From Girardia tigrina (Eukaryota), in NCBI GenBank assembly GCA_001938485.1, contig MQRK01246015.1, positions 1-52,635 of the forward strand: a stretch of 52,635 nucleotides of DNA, read 5' to 3'. Under the pieces are notes generated by a model that was given only the letters and a program-made list of their open reading frames with translations, searched no databases and was not told where the DNA came from. Position numbers and translations under genes: made by a program. Shown here in pieces: positions 49,620-52,635 of the stretch; the stretch's first letter is position 1; the number at the start of each line of letters is the position of its first letter.

Positions 49620-50852
49620 AATCAAACAGTGATGGTGTGTGTTTGGTTGAATTTAAAAGGTATTCTTCATTTTGAACTCTTACCAAACAACCAAACCATT
49701 ACAAGTGAAGTGTACAGTGCACAATTGGAAAGGTTAGACTAAGCTTTGAGAAAATAACCCGCGTTGATTAATTGGAAGGGCATAATTCTTCATCATGATA
49801 ACGCAGGACCGCATACCGCATGATTCATGGCGAATAAAATACTCCAGTTGGTATGAGAAGTTCTACCACAACCTGCATGTAAGAGGTTTTTTAAAAATTG
49901 AGTTGTAAAATAAAAATCTTAATGTTTTAGTTACAATTAAAATGGTATCAAATTTGTATAAAAAATATAATTATAATTAAATGTTTTTTAAAAGTTTGGT
50001 GGTAAAATAAAAAAATCATAATGTTTATTTAAAATTGAAATATTGTCAATTTGTATTAAAAGAATAATTATTATTGAATGTTTAACCAATTAACAAAGCA
50101 TAAAATATTAAGAAATTTAATTTTAACAGTAGATGTACCATTCAAATATTATAAAAGATCTCAAATTGTATTTAAGTTAACTGGTTTTAGATAAATAATA
50201 TTGAAATAACAACATTTAAATAATTTTAGATTACTAGAAATTGTTGCAAAATACGTTTAAAAATGATGTAAAATAGAACAGTTATTATTTAGATTTTATA
50301 ATGTATTTTGAAGATTTTTATAAAATAATAAAATCTTAATATATAAATTAACGTAATCAAAAAATAAATTCAATTTTAATTAACGTTTTAATAAATAAGT
50401 TATCAGTATTATAATTCAGTATTTTTATGTACAATTAATCTGGTCAAAGAAAAGAAAACAAAAGAAAAGTTTCTCATGAAAAATTATTTAAATTATTGTT
50501 ATTGTTATAGAAATAAAATTTGGCGTTAATGAATTATAATTTTGATCAAGAACCCAACACTGCATATTCCCAGATATTGCACCATCCGATTATCATTTGT
50601 TTCGTTCATTGCAGCATTTTCTTAGTGGAAAAATTTCAAAAATGAAGAGTGCATCAAAAACGCCTTGACTGAATTTTTCGAATCTAAATCACAAGAATTT
50701 TATAACAGAGGTGTTAAGATGTTACCTGAACGTTGGGCACAAGTAGTTGAAAACAACAGCGACTATACTGTTGATTAAATTCTTTTGTTTGTTTAAATAA
50801 ATTTGTTTCAAATTTTTTTTTAAAACGACATTAATTAAGACTAGACCTAATA
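49620..50852 (+). mobile_element. 3' half of a mariner element split by a solo LTR
   Basis: VMVCVW..GILHFELLP..TITSEVY, HHDNAGPH, then PDIAPSDYHLF..LPERW..V..N.DY; TIR ending GACCTAATA at 50852. Confidence 0.9.
49878..50559. mobile_element. Solo LTR (682 bp)
   Basis: TGT...ACA termini; 5-bp TSD CTGCA (49873-49877 / 50560-50564); removal restores the mariner PA-YS-PD region. Confidence 0.85.
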
Positions 50853-51459
50853 TAATTATTATTTTGTTTCGTGAAGCTGATATAAAAGCTAAAAATGAGT
50901 TTCGGAAAAAAGAAGTAAATGGACTCCAGCAATTAAGAAAAAATAGAGTTTTTTATTCTTTAAGGACATAACTTATTCAATAAATATGCTAAATAGGGAT
51001 TCTTCAATGGGCTTCACAGAGAGTTTGTGATTCTCAGAATGGATCCAATGCCATCCAATAAATGGAAGACAGAGTTGAATTGTGAGTAGTTTATGTTATT
51101 TCACTTTATTTCGAAATATTTGGTAAAATTTTTGCGGATCATTTAATCAAAAACTACAAAAAGATTCAAAGATTATTTTCTATCTTTTTGCCTACTCATA
51201 AAAATTGGTAAGAAAATTTATAAATTATTTGTTTAAGATATAAACTTAATATACAACTATTTTATTAATTATTAATTTTTACCCTGTTTTCTGGACATAA
51301 GCTTAGTAAAATATAAAGTGCCCTTATTTATTGTGTATAACCCGCGGTTTATACGAAAAAGTAACTAGAAAATTTTATTGGCACTGGTTATACCAGGGCT
51401 GTGGATAATATAAATATTTGATATTATATATCAAATATATCTATTATATATTTATTACA

Positions 51460-51460
<1 letters not shown>

Positions 51461-51510
<50 letters not shown>

Positions 51511-51578
51511 GAAAAGAAAGGCCATTTTNNNNNNNNNNNNNNNNNNNNNNNNNNNNNNNNNNNNNNNNNNNNNNNNNN

Positions 51579-51618
<40 letters not shown>
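51461..51618. repeat. (TA)n tracts around a gap
   Basis: Direct reading. Confidence 0.9.
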
Positions 51619-51620
<2 letters not shown>

Positions 51621-51649
51621 GAAAAGAAAGGCCATTTTTTAATATTAAA

Positions 51650-52635
51650 TTTATTCCCAATACAAACGCGTTTCACCATTTCGGCATCTTCAGTGCAGTG
51701 AAATAAAGTGATTAATTGCTATTTATATAGTTGAAAACTATTACATCATACGTCTCAAAAACATGCTTTTTTTCATTTTTTTAAAAAAATAAGTATTTTA
51801 ATGATATTTAAAAATATTTTAAAAACTTTAATATGATTAGACGAATCACCTTGCACGTTTAAGCATGGTTTATGATGCTTTATTAACAATGCTTCGGCAA
51901 TGATCCTTTCATAATTTGTGTCAAAATTATTTAAAATCACTTTAAAATCTTTATTGTAATCCATAAGATTACCTTTACATCTTTTAATATGGCTCAATAT
52001 CGAACTATTTCTACTCGATTGAGTATGTTCAGCAATTCTAGTGCGGAGATGGCGACTTGTCTCTCCAATGTACAAGGCTTTGCACTTGTGACATTTGATT
52101 TGATAAACTAGATTTGCCTTAATACACAAATGAGTTTTTGATTTGTTGGAGAAATAGTTCCGGCATTTATTAGTTAAAAAGATTACTCTCAATTTTAAGC
52201 CAAAAGGTGTTCGATGTTCTAAAAATCGTTTGAACTCTTTTGCTCTCTCTGAGTACGGTAATTTTAGATTGATAGTCATTTGATTATCAATGTCATTTCC
52301 CGAAGTTATATTTGATGCATTATNNNNNNNNNNNNNNNNNNNNNNNNNNNNNNNNNNNNNNNNNNNNNNNNNNAATGTCATTTCCCGAAGTTATATTTGA
52401 TGCATTATTTGATTTTAAATAAATGGATTCAACAGTATCTTTTATAATTTTATTTAAATACTTTTTATTAAATCCATTTTTAGAAAGCCTATAATGAAGT
52501 TCATCAACTTCATTACCAAATATCTCAAAGGTTGATGTTAAACCCCAGACTCTATGTACCAAACCTTTAATCATGTTCCTATTGTATTTTGGGTCAGAAA
52601 AACTGTTTGGACAACTGTACAAACCGGTATCAGTT
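51650..52635 (-). mobile_element. Penelope-like retroelement 3' part (RT C-terminus plus GIY-YIG endonuclease), runs off the window
   Basis: NLVYQIKCHKCKALYIGETSRHLRTRIAEH..IAEALLIKHHKPCLN; TDTGLY..SF..K..MIKGLVHR. Confidence 0.92.
51661..51697 (-). ncRNA. Minimal type I hammerhead ribozyme motif in the 3' region of the Penelope-like element
   Basis: Minus strand TGCA-CTGAAGA-TGCCGAAATGGT-GAAA-CGCG-TT-TGTA: core CUGAnGA and GAAA, palindromic stem III. Confidence 0.75.

Noticed and set aside
52290-52408. Direct repeat (ASNITSGNDI) on both sides of an N-gap in the Penelope ORF
   Set aside because: Most likely an unmerged contig overlap; the same pattern occurs at 51500-51640

Overview
AT-rich eukaryotic (animal) genomic window, mostly decayed and nested transposons, with several N-gaps. 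The 46-59 nt GT-AG introns and an 18S rRNA fragment look to me like a triclad planarian, but this is tentative and unsearched. DNA transposons: three mariner remnants, a Buster-type hAT, a piggyBac MITE, a non-autonomous Helitron, and a Mutator element carrying a captured 18S rRNA piece. Retroelements: a canonical tRNA-Ser-primed Gypsy nested inside another LTR element, a solo LTR, a Penelope-like element with a hammerhead ribozyme, and several copies of an unusual short-LTR clade. That clade has a DIRS-like RNase H, a DDE integrase and a non-TGG primer site matching a tRNA 5' end. The only intact non-TE ORFs (8204-10654 +, 33523-34626 -) are intronless, RS-rich paralog-like proteins sharing a C-terminal W-x-L-xx-L...C-x-E-x-DPR-x-R motif reminiscent of WDR82-binding DPR motifs. 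Decayed LDLa-repeat and ECHDC3-like fragments and a cryptic spliced gene are also present.
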